A stretch of DNA of 64,000 bases from Raja brachyura (GCA_963514005.1 OY740806.1:34472001-34536000); one strand, 5' to 3'; numbered from the stretch's first letter, positions 39,335-52,464 are shown. Made by a program: numbers and translations. The notes: generated from the letters alone by a model not told the origin.

Positions 39335-41238
39335 TCAGTGTGCGTGNNNNNNNNNNNNNNNNNNNNNNNNNNNNNNNNNNNNNNNNNNNNNNNNNNNNNN
39401 NNNNNNNNNNNNNNNNNNNNNNNNNNNNNNNNNNNNNNNNNNNNNNNNNNNNNNNNNNNNNNNNNNNNNNNNNNNNNNTGTCAGTGTGCGTGTGTCAGTG
39501 TGCGTGTGTCAGTGTGCGTGTGTCAGTGTGCNNNNNNNNNNNNNNNNNNNNNNNNNNNNNNNNNNNNNNNNNNNNNNNNNNNNNNNNNNNNNNNNNNNNN
39601 NNNNNNNNNNNNNNNNNNNNNNNNNNNNNNNNNNNNNNNNNNNNNNNNNNNNNNNNNNNNNNNNNNNNNNNNNNAGTGTGTGTGCCAGTGTGTGTGTGTT
39701 AGTGTGTGTGTCAGTGTGCGTGTGTCAGTGTGCGTGTGTCAGTGTGTGTGTGCCAGTGTGTGGGTGTGTGTGTGCCAGTGTGTGTGTGCCAGTGTGTGTG
39801 TGCCAGTGTTTGTGTCAGTGTTTGTGTCAATGTGTGTGTCGGTGTGTGTGTCAGTGTTTGTGTGTGTCAGGGTGTGTGTCAGTGTGTGTGTGTGTGCCAG
39901 TGTGTGTGTGTCAGTGTTTGTGTCAGTGTGTGTGTGTGTGCCAGTGTGTGTGTGTCAGTGTGTGTGTCAGTGTTTGTGTCAGTGNNNNNNNNNNNNNNNN
40001 NNNNNNNNNNNNNNNNNNNNNNNNNNNNNNNNNNNNNNNNNNNNNNNNNNNNNNNNNNNNNNNNNNNNNNNNNNNNNNNNNNNNNNNNNNNNNNNNNNNN
40101 NNNNNNNNNNNNNNNNNNNNNNNNNNNNNNNNNNNNNNNNNNNNNNNNNNNNNNNNNNNNNNNNNNNNNNNNNNNNNNNNNNNNNNNNNNNNNNNNNNNN
40201 NNNNNNNNNNNNNNNNNNNNNNNNNNNNNNNNNNNNNNNNNNNNNNNNNNNNNNNNNNNNNNNNNNNNNNNNNNNNNNNNNNNNNNNNNNNNNNNNNNNN
40301 NNNNNNNNNNNNNNNNNNNNNNNNNNNNNNNNNNNNNNNNNNNNNNNNNNNNNNNNNNNNNNNNNNNNNNNNNNNNNNNNNNNNNNNNNNNNNNNNNNNN
40401 NNNNNNNNNNNNNNNNNNNNNNNNNNNNNNNNNNNNNNNNNNNNNNNNNNNNNNNNNNNNNNNNNNNNNNNNNNNNNNNNNNNNNNNNNNNNNNNNNNNN
40501 NNNNNNNNNNNNNNNNNNNNNNNNNNNNNNNNNNNNNNNNNNNNNNNNNNNNNNNNNNNNNNNNNNNNNNNNNNNNNNNNNNNNNNNNNNNNNNNNNNNN
40601 NNNNNNNNNNNNNNNNNNNNNNNNNNNNNNNNNNNNNNNNNNNNNNNNNNNNNNNNNNNNNNNNNNNNNNNNNNNNNNNNNNNNNNNNNNNNNNNNNNNN
40701 NNNNNNNNNNNNNNNNNNNNNNNNNNNNNNNNNCAGTGTGCGAGTGTGTGTCNNNNNNNNNNNNNNNNNNNNNNNNNNNNNNNNNNNNNNNNNNNNNNNN
40801 NNNNNNNNNNNNNNNNNNNNNNNNNNNNNNNNNNNNNNNNNNNNNNNNNNNNNNNNNNNNNNNNNNNNNNNNNNNNNNNNNNNNNNNNNNNNNNNNNNNN
40901 NNNNNNNNNNNNNNNNNNNNNNNNNNNNNNNNNNNNNNNNNNNNNNNNNNNNNNNNNNNNNNNNNNNNNNNNNNNNNNNNNNNNNNNNNNNNNNNNNNNN
41001 NNNNNNNNNNNNNNNNNNNNNNNNNNNNNNNNNNNNNNNNNNNNNNNNNNNNNNNNNNNNNNNNNNNNNNNNNNNNNNNNNNNNNNNNNNNNNNNNNNNN
41101 NNNNNNNNNNNNNNNNNNNNNNNNNNNNNNNNNNNNNNNNNNNNNNNNNNNNNNNNNNNNNNNNNNNNNNNNNNNNNNNNNNNNNNNNNNNNNNNNNNNN
41201 NNNNNNNNNNNNNNNNNNNNNNNNNNNNNNNNNNNNNN
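39335..41238. repeat. GT-rich compound satellite (tgtcagtgtg/tgccagtgtg units), mostly assembly gaps (N)
   Basis: Visible islands at 39479-39531, 39675-39984 and 40734-40752 are all (GT)n interrupted by CAGT; the rest is N. Confidence 0.95.
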
Positions 41239-41369
41239 ATATCCGGTGTTGACTCTGTTTCAGGTGAATGATGCGTCGTGAGGTGAAGTGATGTGTAATT
41301 ATTGAGAAACAGTGAAACAAGGTAATAATGCACCCCTTGTCCTTCTGGCTTTTAAGTCATTTCTGATTG

Positions 41370-42111
41370 ATCTCTAATTATTGGCGATTGATTCCCCGGA
41401 GAGGGGTCCCGGCCAGACAGGACCCCCCCCCCCCCCCCCACCTCTCCCTTTTCTCTCCGACGCTTTGAGCAATTCTCAGCTTCCACGAAATTGGACGGCA
41501 GATTTCCAGGGCAGCCTTGTGTTTCTGAAACCCTGCAAATATCTGTATTCAATATCAGGCCCTTAAATCGTCGGCAAATCCACAGGTCAGCGGAATAATA
41601 GATCGCCGCATTCATTCACGGAAGAGAGTAGTTTTCGATTTGGAAGGACAAATGAAGTGGGACATTTTCTCCCCAAAAAAAGGGGGGGGGGGGATTGAAG
41701 GATTTTTATGTTTGTGTTTTAAATGATGGAACGGGCTGGAGAGCATCGCGGAATCCCGGAGCTACAACTCCAAGCCGCTGGACAGAGAAGGTAATGACCA
41801 GGCATTGATTAGTGATCACATCAGCTTCACTCCCCCCAGTGCCGACGCCTGTGACTCCTGAAGATAATAAGTGATGGAGCAAGTTGGACTTTCTCACCCC
41901 GCCCCTTCTCCCCCCAAATTCATCAATGAGGAGATGTTTGTTTTCTACTTGGAATCAATTGTGTGCGTGTGTGTGTGGTTTTTTTTTAAAACAGAGTTAC
42001 AGAGCCCAAAAGAAGGGGTAGGAAAAAATCTATAGATCACAAGTTGTGACGGCTCATGAATAAAGGGTAGAGATATATAAACCGGCAAGGTGCAGAGGAG
42101 GCGCCCAGTCC
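41370..42111 (+). promoter_or_regulatory. Putative Pol II promoter: CpG-rich upstream region, GC box, TATA and Inr
   Basis: Non-repeat CpG enrichment at 41380-41850; ZNF143-like gctacaactccaagc (41761); ccccgcccc (41897); TGACG (42047); TATAAA 42076-42081; Inr CCAGTCC with A at 42107, 31 nt after the TATA T. Confidence 0.6.
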
Positions 42112-42274
42112 TGCACACTCAGTTTAGAATGACCTTTTTGAGAGTCAGGATGAGACACAAGGGTTGAGTGAGTGAGGCACACACATATAGACAGCATTAC
42201 TTCATTTGACTGCTTCACACGGCACAGGACTTCAAGCAGCACTACTTGAACCTCAAAGGTTTCTCCCAGGCCAG
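42107..42274 (+). other. Putative non-coding first exon of an unidentified gene
   Basis: Starts at the Inr and ends at donor CAG|GTATGC (42274/42275). The internal ATGs give only a 12-codon ORF that stops inside the exon. Confidence 0.45.
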
Positions 42275-43389
42275 GTATGCAATTATTTATATTTGTTAAT
42301 TTCGTCTTTTACACAGGTATAGATTTCAGAAATCGTTTTGCACAGATTCTGTTTTTAGGTGTGCAAATGAATTAGCAATGTGTGTCAGGAGATGTTATAC
42401 AGGCTTGCTTGCATGTTTGTCAAGGCAGCTTCATTTTATAGACTTTACCTTGAGAGATGGATTATGTACAGATAAAACAGAAATGAAAGCTGCCTCTACC
42501 ATTGCGTTACACCAGAAGTACTTTGGGTGAAACATTTTTGCTGATTTTTTGTTTTCATTTTTATAAATGACCGGTTTTGAAAAGTTTTATGAAGCACAGC
42601 AATTAGTCATAAAACCATCGAGCTATCGTGTAAGTAGCTGTTCATAGATTATATGTGGTTTGTTTTTAATTTATTAATTAATGCATTTGTACTGTTATTT
42701 CACAATGAAAGAAATGTCTCTTTCCCATGTTGACCAGTCAGGGAGGTAGTTGGTGTGGTGTAATGTGGCCTCATGAATCGTCAGCTGCTGGAGTGACTTG
42801 GGGCATCTGCCAACGAGTAGTGTTAGGGTCCAGACACTGACCAGACAATTAAATAGGCTATCCACATGCTGACCAGTCATTTGAATTTGTTGTTGTACAT
42901 ACTAGGCAAGAAATATTGGTTCCTGGTGTGTTGAAACTACTTGGCCACTTTGTGCCATAGTTGTGAAGCATATTCAATTTTTTTTAATTTAGTGAGATTA
43001 TTTTTCTTTGAGATTTTATTAATTACCAATATTTAATCTAGTCAATGACTGGAAAACGGACTCCAATGAATGGAAAATGGACACCTTGAAAAATGTTGAA
43101 TGAACAATGTAAATTTTCTTTCTCTCTTACCATACACTCCAAACAGGGTTGAAATCCTACTAATCTTTCAGGCATCCCATGACTTGATTTCTACAGAGGT
43201 TATTCAGTTTATTTTATTTAAGCCATGCAGGCAGGTTTAACAGATTTTGAACAGGACCTCTTTTGACTCATAGACACTGCGTTAAATTTGAAAAGTGAGT
43301 TTATTCACCCTATTCTTCCCCAAATGAAATTCTTCACCCTCCCCATCGGTGTTAATTTGTCGAACACTCTAATCAACAAATTGATTGAT

Positions 43390-43512
43390 TGAGAAATGAG
43401 GAAAAACTTTTTTACCCAGAGAGTTGTGAATCTGTGGAATTCTCTGCCACAGAAGGCAGTGGAGGCCAATTCACTGGATATTTTCAAGAGAGAGTTAGAT
43501 TTAGCTCTAAGG
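43390..43512 (+). mobile_element. CR1 fragment
   Basis: EMRKNFFTQRVVNLWNSLPQKAVEANSLDIFKRELD. Confidence 0.85.
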
Positions 43513-43859
43513 GAGTTAGCTCTTAAAGAGTATAATATGTTATCTGCATTTAAATCAAACTGAGGAGTTGATCCGTCGTGGACCAATTTATAGCGAGGAA
43601 ATGCAACGGCACGACTGGGGATCCCGAGCATGCCGGTGGCTTTTGTGGATTGTTTAAACTTGCATCATCCAAATCAACCATGAAATGTTGATGCAATGTC
43701 CTGACTGCAAGAGTCCACATTATTTGCTAACTTACTTGAGTAACATTTGACATACTTTACTCAGTGTAAGTAAATTGCATTTCAAACCAAACCATAGCCA
43801 ACTAGTCATGACAGTAACAGTACACGGTGAGTCCAGTATAATTTTTGTATTGTCCTTAT

Positions 43860-44152
43860 GGGGCAGCACGGTGGCGCAGCTGGTAGAGTCGCTGCCTCAC
43901 AGTGCCAGAGACCAGGGTTCAATCCTGACCTCTGGTGCTGTCTGTTTGGAGTTTGCATGTTCTCCCAATGGCTGCATGGGTTTTCTCCGATTACCTCTCA
44001 CACAACCCAAAGACGTGAGGTTAGTGTTTTAATTCACTTTTGTAAATTGCCCCTAATGTGTACAGAGTGAATGAGGAAGTGGGATAACCTTTAACTAAGT
44101 GACTCGGTGCCCAAAGAGCCTTTTTCCATGCTGTATCTCTGAATTAAACTAG
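43860..44152 (+). mobile_element. HE1-like tRNA-derived SINE, near full length
   Basis: A box ggtggcgcagctgg, B box gggttcaatcc, core ggagtttgcatgttctccc, and CR1-derived tail ttccatgctgtatctct. Confidence 0.88.
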
Positions 44153-44167
44153 CAAATTCATTTCACA

Positions 44168-44380
44168 AGATAGGCACAAAATGCTGGAGTAACTCAGCGG
44201 GGTACGGAGCATCGCTGGAGAAAAGGAATAGGTGATGTTTTTGGTCGGACTGCTTCTGAGGAAATTATCAACCCGAAACGTCACCTATTCCTTCTCTCCC
44301 GAGATGCTCCCTGACCCACTAAAGTATTCCGGCATTTTGTGTCTATCTTTGGTATAAACCAGCATCTGCCGTTCCTTTCT
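44168..44380. repeat. Inverted pair of Penelope terminal repeats
   Basis: gataggcacaaaatgctggagtaactcagcgg pairs with ccggcattttgtgtctatc. Confidence 0.8.
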
Positions 44381-44517
44381 AACCCTTAATCATTTCACAC
44401 TTCTTCATTGTGTTAACTTTCATCTGCCCATTTCACCAGCCCAGTCTCCCCTGAAATCTATATCTATCATCATATTCCTCATCACACTTCTGCGATCAGT
44501 GTCATTTATAGTCCTGC

Positions 44518-44660
44518 GGTAGACACAAAATGCTGGAGTAACTCAGCGTGACCGAGACCCTTAACGTCACCCATTCCTTCTCTCCAGAGATGCTGCCTGT
44601 CCCGCTGAGTTACTCCAGCATTTTGTGCCTACCTTCGATTTAAACCAGCATCTGCGGTAC
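44518..44660. repeat. Inverted pair of Penelope terminal repeats
   Basis: ggtagacacaaaatgctggagtaactcagcg pairs with cgctgagttactccagcattttgtgcctacc. Confidence 0.85.
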
Positions 44661-45419
44661 TTTCCTCTTTTATCCTGATATTGGTTCCTTGACTTGATGT
44701 TGGTTTCCCTCTGTGTTCCGATCAATTGAGTCATCGGGTTCATGTCCCACTTATGGAAAATTTAGACCAACACCTCCTTGCAAAACTCATTGGAGTCTAG
44801 CATCCTCGTACTTCAAACAAGATGTTAAAACACATCATGCTTTGTTCTTTAGGTGAGGCTGCCGCATAGTTTTGTAAAATAATGACGTTCTTCCCCTGTG
44901 TATTGGGCAATTTGTGCCTCAATCAAAATAGGTTATTCAGTTATTTTCATATTGCTATTTTATGTTCTTGCTCTTGTATTTATTAAAGGTTGACTAAAGA
45001 GCTGGAGAAACTCAGCGGGTGCAGCAGCATCTATGAAGCGAAGGAAATAGGCAATGTTTCGGGCCAAAACCTTCAGAATTGTAATATTTATTACATGTTT
45101 TCAATGATTGCACTTCAAAAATGTATCATTGGTGTTAAAGTTCTTTGAGACAACTCAAGGACAGAGAAGCTTCATATTTTGAAAAGTTTGGAGGAAGGGT
45201 TTAGGGTTCTGTTAATGTTAGCCGTTTGTGTTACTACTAGGGCAATACAATAGGATAAGAATACATCGCTGGAGTTGCTCAGGGGATCAGGCAGCATCTG
45301 CGGAGATGAAATGGACAGCTGAGGTTTTGGATCAGGGGCCTTTTTCAAATATATGAATAACTTGTGCAGTCTCCCATTGACTTAATCAGCAATAGGAGAA
45401 TTCAGCACCTATCCCTCTG

Positions 45420-45421
<2 letters not shown>

Positions 45422-45455
<34 letters not shown>
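45422..45455. repeat. (CT)n microsatellite
   Basis: Perfect CT run. Confidence 0.95.
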
Positions 45456-45457
<2 letters not shown>

Positions 45458-47019
45458 AGTGTTTGAAGATTCCTCTTCTCCCCCAGTTCTGGTCATTTCA
45501 AGTGAATGATTTTCACTTCACTATCAGACGCAAAAAGGTGGAGTAAATCAGTGGGTCAGACAGCATCTCTGGGGTAAAGGAACAGGTGATGTTTCAGGTG
45601 GAGGCCCTTCCTCAGACTGGGTTCTTCAGACTAATTTCACTATTAATTGCTTCATATTCATTTTCTGTGATCCTTCAGTGTCTCCCCCCCCCCCCCCTTT
45701 GCCCTATTCTCGCTTTTCCCCTCCCCCTCACCCCCCTTCCTCTCATCACCCCTTATTCTGCCACCCATTTTAGCTCTCCACCTCAGATGGTAAATTAAAG
45801 AAGATATAGATAATGTAGCAGAGGTTAGCATTCCCCTTTTTACAATTAGCATTTTTTATGAATACATTGGATTGGCTTTTCATATTTTCATAACGTTCAT
45901 TGTACATGTGGTGCAGGATGTTGGATAAAATGGGTCATGTGTAAGGAAGAGCTAGCACTCTTGAGCCCTGACCCAAAAAACCACCAATCCATGTTCTTCT
46001 GTGTTTTGGTCTGACCCGTTGAGTTACTCCAGCATTTTTTTTGCTCTTGAACCGAGCTATGCATGCATCAATATATGCAGGAAAGAGAGGAATAAAAATG
46101 AAGCTGACAAGAAAAATAAAACTTTCTGGATTAAACACATCTTTCTGGGTTTGCAACATCTCATGATTTTATTCTTTGTATTTCTGCTTTTCAGAGAATC
46201 TAAACTGGGCCCTTCCTTTAGTTTTTACCTCCAATTCTCTGTTAAGATGACATGATTCCATAACATTTAACAGTAAATAGGTCAGTTTAAAAGTCAGATA
46301 AGAAGATCTTGCAGTGTTTCAATGGAGTGCGCGAAACCTTTGTGCAGAAATAAATCAATGGTTTCTTCCTCATGAGCCTTGACTTTATTGGGCTATAATG
46401 TACTATCCTAATTTGTCATACTGAGGACGGAGAGTTCCAACATACCTTTCCCTGCATATGGACTTCTGACATTTTAAAGAGTCCAGTGTCCCATATTTTA
46501 TGATCTGTGGATTAAATATATATTGCACTGCACAGACTTGCTTATAGAATCCAATAATCTCAATTTGATGTTCATATAAAAGGATTTAGCGAGTGCAGTT
46601 AAACCCTTCTCGAGTAACATAAATGCAGACGTGCCGGGCTTATTCTGAAGAGAAGAAATAAAAGAAGACTTTCAAGTGCATCCTTCAAGTGGAAAGCGTC
46701 TGAGCCTTATTGATTTTGTATTTATAGATGTGCAAATGTGGATTTGTCTTCTCTTTCTTTTCCCCCCAAAAGGACGATCAAGGTTGAGTCTTAACAGCGA
46801 GATACGATTCGCAGGAGGAATGCTAATGAAGCATTAAATGGGAATGTTTGTAACACAGACCAGACAAAACAGAGGAAAAAGCATTAGTACTGCACAATGG
46901 AAACTGGAAGTTAAAGTTTTGCAAAACAGGATCACTAGCATTATTGTGAATAAAAGATGCGTTGAGGCACTTGGCTGATACCGAATGCTTTGATGCATCT
47001 TGTCCATGAGTAACTTTGT

Positions 47020-47245
47020 AGATTTGCCTTGTACTGAAGTCTCCCCATCACCATTGTGGCTTTCTCCTGGATCTCTAGTTTAATCCCACACTCCAAAGGC
47101 ATACAGGTTTGTAGGTTAATTGGCTTTGGTAAAATTGTAAACATTGTCCCTTGCGTGTGTAGGATAGTGCCAGTGTACGGGTGATCACTGGTCAGAGTGC
47201 CACAGCGGCCGAAGGGCCTGTTTCCGTGCTGTATCTCTGAACTGA
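47020..47245 (+). mobile_element. HE1-like SINE (5' truncated)
   Basis: cccacactccaaaggcatacaggtttgtaggttaattggc...ggccgaagggcctgtttccgtgctgtatctct. Confidence 0.85.
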
Positions 47246-49183
47246 AGTGCTGGTCACTCTTTGTAATCTTGAAATTATTATCCTCATGTTTATATCCTTC
47301 CATGGCCTTACTCCTTTTCATCGGAAACCTCGAGAAACTGAGTAACATTGAACTTCTGTGACTCTGGCCTTGTCCACTCCAATATTCATTGCTTTACTGT
47401 TGGCCTCCTGGCTTTAACTGTTTAGATCCTAGGCTTCTGCGATCTCTTCCCATCTGCTTCCAATGCTTCAACTCTTTTAAGACAATACCTTGCACCTACC
47501 TGTCTAATCATAATGCTGTCTTGATGACATTTCTTTCTGAGTGAATTCCTTGTCATGCTTTTCTACATTTAATGCTCAATATGACAAAGCTTTTAAAATA
47601 TATCTCAGTCTCCTGAAATACTTTAGTGTGTGCATTCAAATCACTCTAGCTTTATTTCACTGTTAATGAGAACAACGTGGTCCTTTACCAATAAAGTATA
47701 TAATCACACCTCCCTTTTATACCAGTAAATATGAAGGTAAAATGGGAACGCTTTGTATAGTTTTAGTGATTATTGCACAAGGCGATAACTGCATTGAAGA
47801 GGGTAATTCCTGGTATAGTGGGGTTGTTTAATGAAGAGAGATTGCAGCTGCATTTTCCAAAAAGTAGAAGAATGGTGAGTTTTTTTGGGCTATATCTAAG
47901 GGTCACTTTGTCTAAAAATGTAGTTGTCCATTCAGGACAGTGTTGAGAAGAAAAATCTTGATTCCAAGAGCTGTGAACCTGTTGTATTATCTGCCTCAGA
48001 GGGACATAAATGCTTGGTTATTACATTCATGCTTCAAATCAGATAACTTTAGGATACTGTAAAATATGGATTGATTGGGAAAGTGTTGTTGATGCAAAAT
48101 TTCAGTCACAATGTTACTGAAGAGTAGAGTTGGCTCAAGTCGGGTTATAGCACAGCTAAGCATTTCTGAAATTCCCTTGAAATGCAGAGCGCCATCCGAT
48201 GGAAAAGAATGAATAACATGGAAAAAGTGCAATTGTGGCTGCTGTCTGGCAAAGATTGGGTAGATAAGGGGAAGAAGGGTCTCGGTGAGTAATGAAACCC
48301 AAGGGATTACAGTAAGCTGTGGATGTTACAAAGGTTCCTGCTTGTCCACATGGTGAAACAAACAAATCCATCGCGGCTTTGGCTCTTTTCATTTTTCTAA
48401 ATTGTTTCCTGCTTGCTATCCTGTGAACTGCAGTTTTGCTCAACTCCCCATTCAATGTACATCTGGGAACAGAAATCTAGAAATGATGGTCTGATTCATA
48501 TCTCAATGACCCACGAGAGCAAACGAGGATATAATCTGAGTTGCTTAGATGAAGAACTTGGTTAATTGATTTATACATGAGCAACTCTAAATTAGAATTT
48601 ACGTTAAAAAGTGATCTGGGATTCAGTCAAAGACTACCACCAATGTGTCGACATGAAGCAATCATTAAACATGTTGCATTTCTGTCTTTTCATAGTAGCT
48701 TGGCCGAACTTGGGAACTGCAAAGTTTACAGATTTTACTGCATATATATGCGTCAACAAAAGATCAAGATCTTGAAGAAATTTGTCATTTATGGTAGTTT
48801 CAGGAATGAGCATGTTTTTTCGACATGAATCTTGGCTGTTGAACCTCCTTGGACAAACAAAGAGTCAGACTGCAAGAAAACAAGAATGCATTGACGATAG
48901 AATAGTGGTTCTTCACCAAGAAAAAGTACAGTCCAATGTGGCGAGTTGTAAGTCTCTTCATTCTACTCGTGCAAGAGGCCACTGGAGTATTTTTGGATAA
49001 TCGCACCCTAATTATCTGGTCTCTGTTCGGCACTAACTTGGAAACAACTTTCAGCAGTCTTGGGATTGCAGGTTGAAGCCTTTTGTTAACCCAATCCTGT
49101 GTTGACACTGGATATATGATGGAAAGAAAGTGGATTTTATTCCCGCGTGTAAATATACCTTGATCTTTTTGATCATGGAAGTC

Positions 49184-50197
49184 GTTTAGTTTAGAGGTAC
49201 AGCACAGAAACAAGCCCTTCGGCCCACCGAGTCCACGTCAACCAGCGATCCCCACACATTAACACATCCCCATCCATACACACTAGGGACAATTTACACT
49301 TACACCAAACCAATTAATTTACAAACCTCTACGTCTTTGGAGCGTGGGAGGAAACCGAAGATCTCAGAGAAAACCCACGCGAGTTGTGGGGAGAACGTAC
49401 AAACTCCATACAGACAGCACCCGTGGTCTGCATCAAACCCGGGTCTCTGGCGCCGTTAAGGGACTGTCCCACTGCGGCAACCTAATCTGCGAGTTCATAA
49501 GAGTTTGCCCTCGACTCAAACCCGCAGCATGGTCGACACGTGGTCCCAGGAAGTCCTATGATGTCACTGGAACTCTCCTTCATGCTCGAGGGAAGTTCCC
49601 GCATACTCGCGGCCTCAGCTAGGTCGCTGAAAATATTTCAGCATGTTGAAAGAATTTCCGCGAGTAGAAATTGGTTGGCAGGGTTCTTTTGAACTCGTAC
49701 TGCAGTGGAGTGGGGTCGCTATTTAGTTACAGGCTGTCGAGGGCAGCCGTAGGCAATCTCCTTCGCTGACCGGGCATTTTAATTGGCTCATTGGAGTTTT
49801 CAGGACCAAGGAAAACTGACTGGTAGGTTAAATAGTCGCTAAACTTTATTATACTTCTTAAAACTTTATTATACCTCCCCCCCCCACTTCTCCCCCTACT
49901 CTCCCCTTCTCTCTACGCTTTCCGAAGGACTTACTGTACACTGTACAGCCGTCTTTTACCTTCCTGTTCATCGCGGGTGTGAATTTCAGACAGCGCTCCC
50001 CCACTTTCCCTGGCCCCCGCCTTTGCGATGAGTGTGTGGTAGGTCGTTCCGGCGCGCAGTTTCATCGCTGACGGTCGATCCAGCTCGAGGCTTTCCTGGC
50101 GAGTGCCCTTGAGCTTGAAGGACGAACACACTCTTCTGAACTCGCGGATTAGGTCGCCGCAGTGGGACAGCCCCTTCTGCAGCTGCACCACCGTGGC
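49184..50197 (-). mobile_element. HE1-like SINE interrupted by a MITE
   Basis: SINE body at 49184-49455; the remaining tRNA head ctgcagctgcaccaccgtg lies at about 50177-50197. Confidence 0.8.
49459..50175. mobile_element. PIF/Harbinger-type non-autonomous element (MITE A)
   Basis: TIRs of about 45 bp: AGGGACTGTCCCACTGCGGCAACCTAATCTGCGAGTTCA and TGAACTCGCGGATTAGGTCGCCGCAGTGGGACAGCCCCT. Left flank is TTA; the right duplication is lost. Confidence 0.85.
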
Positions 50198-51029
50198 CGT
50201 GAATAAAAAGTCATTTTCATGTGTGTTTTCATTAATCTGTTTTTTCTGATTCTTAACAATGGCTGTGATTCAGTGTAGGGAAAACTACCAAGATTTCTAA
50301 ATACTTTGTATGGTTTTCATCAATTGATCTAATAATCACAATATTATTGTGGCCCTGCAATGTCAACAGCAATCATTCCCAGGCGCACTTAAAAAAAACT
50401 TTATACTGAAATGTGATTAATGGAGTAGGTTCAAAGAAATCTTCCATCCCTCCTGAAAAATCAAATGGACCACATTACTAATGTTGCTTTAAATGATTAG
50501 TTTTATTGATGTGCTCTTGTGTTCTGACTGCTAATCAGGTGATCACAACACCAAGCTATGTACTGCAAGCAGATTGTCACCCTTCCTCTCAGTCTGGCTG
50601 GAAGAATCTGCAATTCATTTTAAAACAGATGTATTAGCCCTGGTTCATTGCTTAATGTTCTCGCCTCTGAGACAAAAGGTTATGAGTTTGAGCCTGTCTC
50701 TGAACATAATTCAACTTGCAGCATAATTGTGGTTAATGTACACTGTACTCTGCCAACATGCTTCCATGCTTCTGGCCTTTCACCAGTTGAAGAGTAGCAG
50801 TTCTATCGTGTGCAGGAGTTTTCTGAATATTGCAGGATCTTGACAAAGTGAATAAAAGGAAACTATTTCCATTATCGGCGAGGGTGATGTGAAAAAAAAC
50901 ATTTTCATGTCCCAAGGAGTTGTGGTGTGGAGTGTACTGCCTGAAAGGGGAGTAGTTTGTAAAAAAAAATAAATATACGAAGAGAAAAGAATCCGCAGGG
51001 CTGTGAGGGAAACGGCCAACTGATTTGAT

Positions 51030-51338
51030 GTTAGTTTAGTTCAGAGATATAGTGCGGAAACAGGCCCTTTGACCCACCGAGTCCGCACCGACCAGCGGTC
51101 CCCGTACGCTAACACATACCCTACACACACTAGGGACAATTTACACTTATACCAAGCTAATTAACGGACAAACATGTACATCTTTGCAGTGTAGGAGGAA
51201 CCGAAGATCTAGGAGAAAGCTCACGTGGTCACGGGGAGAACATATAAACTCCATACACACAGCACCCGTACTCTGGATCGATGCGGGTCACTAGCGCTGC
51301 AAGCTCTGTAAGGCAATAGCTCCACTGCTGCGCTGTGG
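51030..51338 (-). mobile_element. HE1-like SINE
   Basis: (ttag)n tail, gcggaaacaggccc, cacactagggacaatttac, and head ccactgctgcgctgtg. Confidence 0.85.
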
Positions 51339-52464
51339 CAAGATTTGCAAGAAGCTGACAGGAGCCAAATTGCCTTCTGTACTGGAATAATCCTTAAACT
51401 CAATCCAGCAATGTAAAATCATATTATTTAAAAGAAGCGCTGAGGGGCTGCATTGAAGATAAGATGGAATTGTTGTTTAGAAAAGGAGTAGGTGACGTTT
51501 CAGGTCGAGACACTTCTTCAGACTGAGAGTCGGGGGAAACGAGAAACAAAATCGTTGTTTGTTCGACTATAAAGGACCTCCTGCCACTATCTAGATAGGA
51601 TAATGCATTCTCACTGGTCTACTGATCAATCCTTGCCACTCACTGAGATGACTAAAAACATTCTACCTGGTCTTTATCTCATTGATTTTAATAAGAATTT
51701 ACTATGAACAAATAGGTGCAACTCATTAGGATGGTTATGAAACTTCAAACATATTTAATTGACTGTTAAGAACAGGTTTTTGCTTTCTGTACAGGCCTAA
51801 TTTGCATGGTTTAAATATCCAATTGACTAAAACATTTTCGAGACAATTGGAAAAAATAAATTGAAATATAATTTGCATTTAAAGTTTATCCTGTTTTTAG
51901 TTTCAATGAAAGCTGACTTCATAAGTGCATTTTTGGCTATCAATCTGAGTTTTGATTGATGACTTTATACTTCTGAAATTTCTAGTCCATCCTTGATGTT
52001 AAATACTGATGCCACTTTTATTCTGATGAAGGCAGATTGAAGCAACACGAAGGAATTAACTTGAAGGAAGTGCAAGAAAATCCTGATTACAAAGGAACGT
52101 TTTACTCCATTCAGAGTCAACAAGACAACCCATGGGGTTATAGAAATTAGCTCTTATTCTGAAAGAATAAAAAATGTGACATTACTGAGTGTTTGAATTA
52201 ATATCAGCTAAGGTACTGAATGGTGAACTGATAATGATATTTGCTGTATAATGTGCATGAACATGAAATTAGTGATGGAAGCATTAAAAGCAGGTTATTT
52301 CAATATATATAGAGAGTTCAGGAATACATTGGCACAGAAACCTAATTAATAAAATTAAGTCAAGATGCAAAGTTTCTAAACTTTTTGAAAGGCATGTGAA
52401 ATGGAAAAAGCAGAGATTGATTTCTGAGTTAGCAGTTCTGATAAGAGATGTACTGACGTACTTG

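Noticed and set aside
39298-41333. Very long ORFs (134-647 aa) on both strands
   Set aside because: Artefacts of N runs and (GT)n satellite, giving CV/TH repeats.
43860-43935. tRNA gene (A and B boxes; also at about 57080)
   Set aside because: It is the tRNA-derived head of a SINE, continuing into the SINE core and a CR1-like tail.
48577-49213. ORFs of 72-137 aa
   Set aside because: No recognisable domain or exon signals; the longest begins inside a SINE tail.
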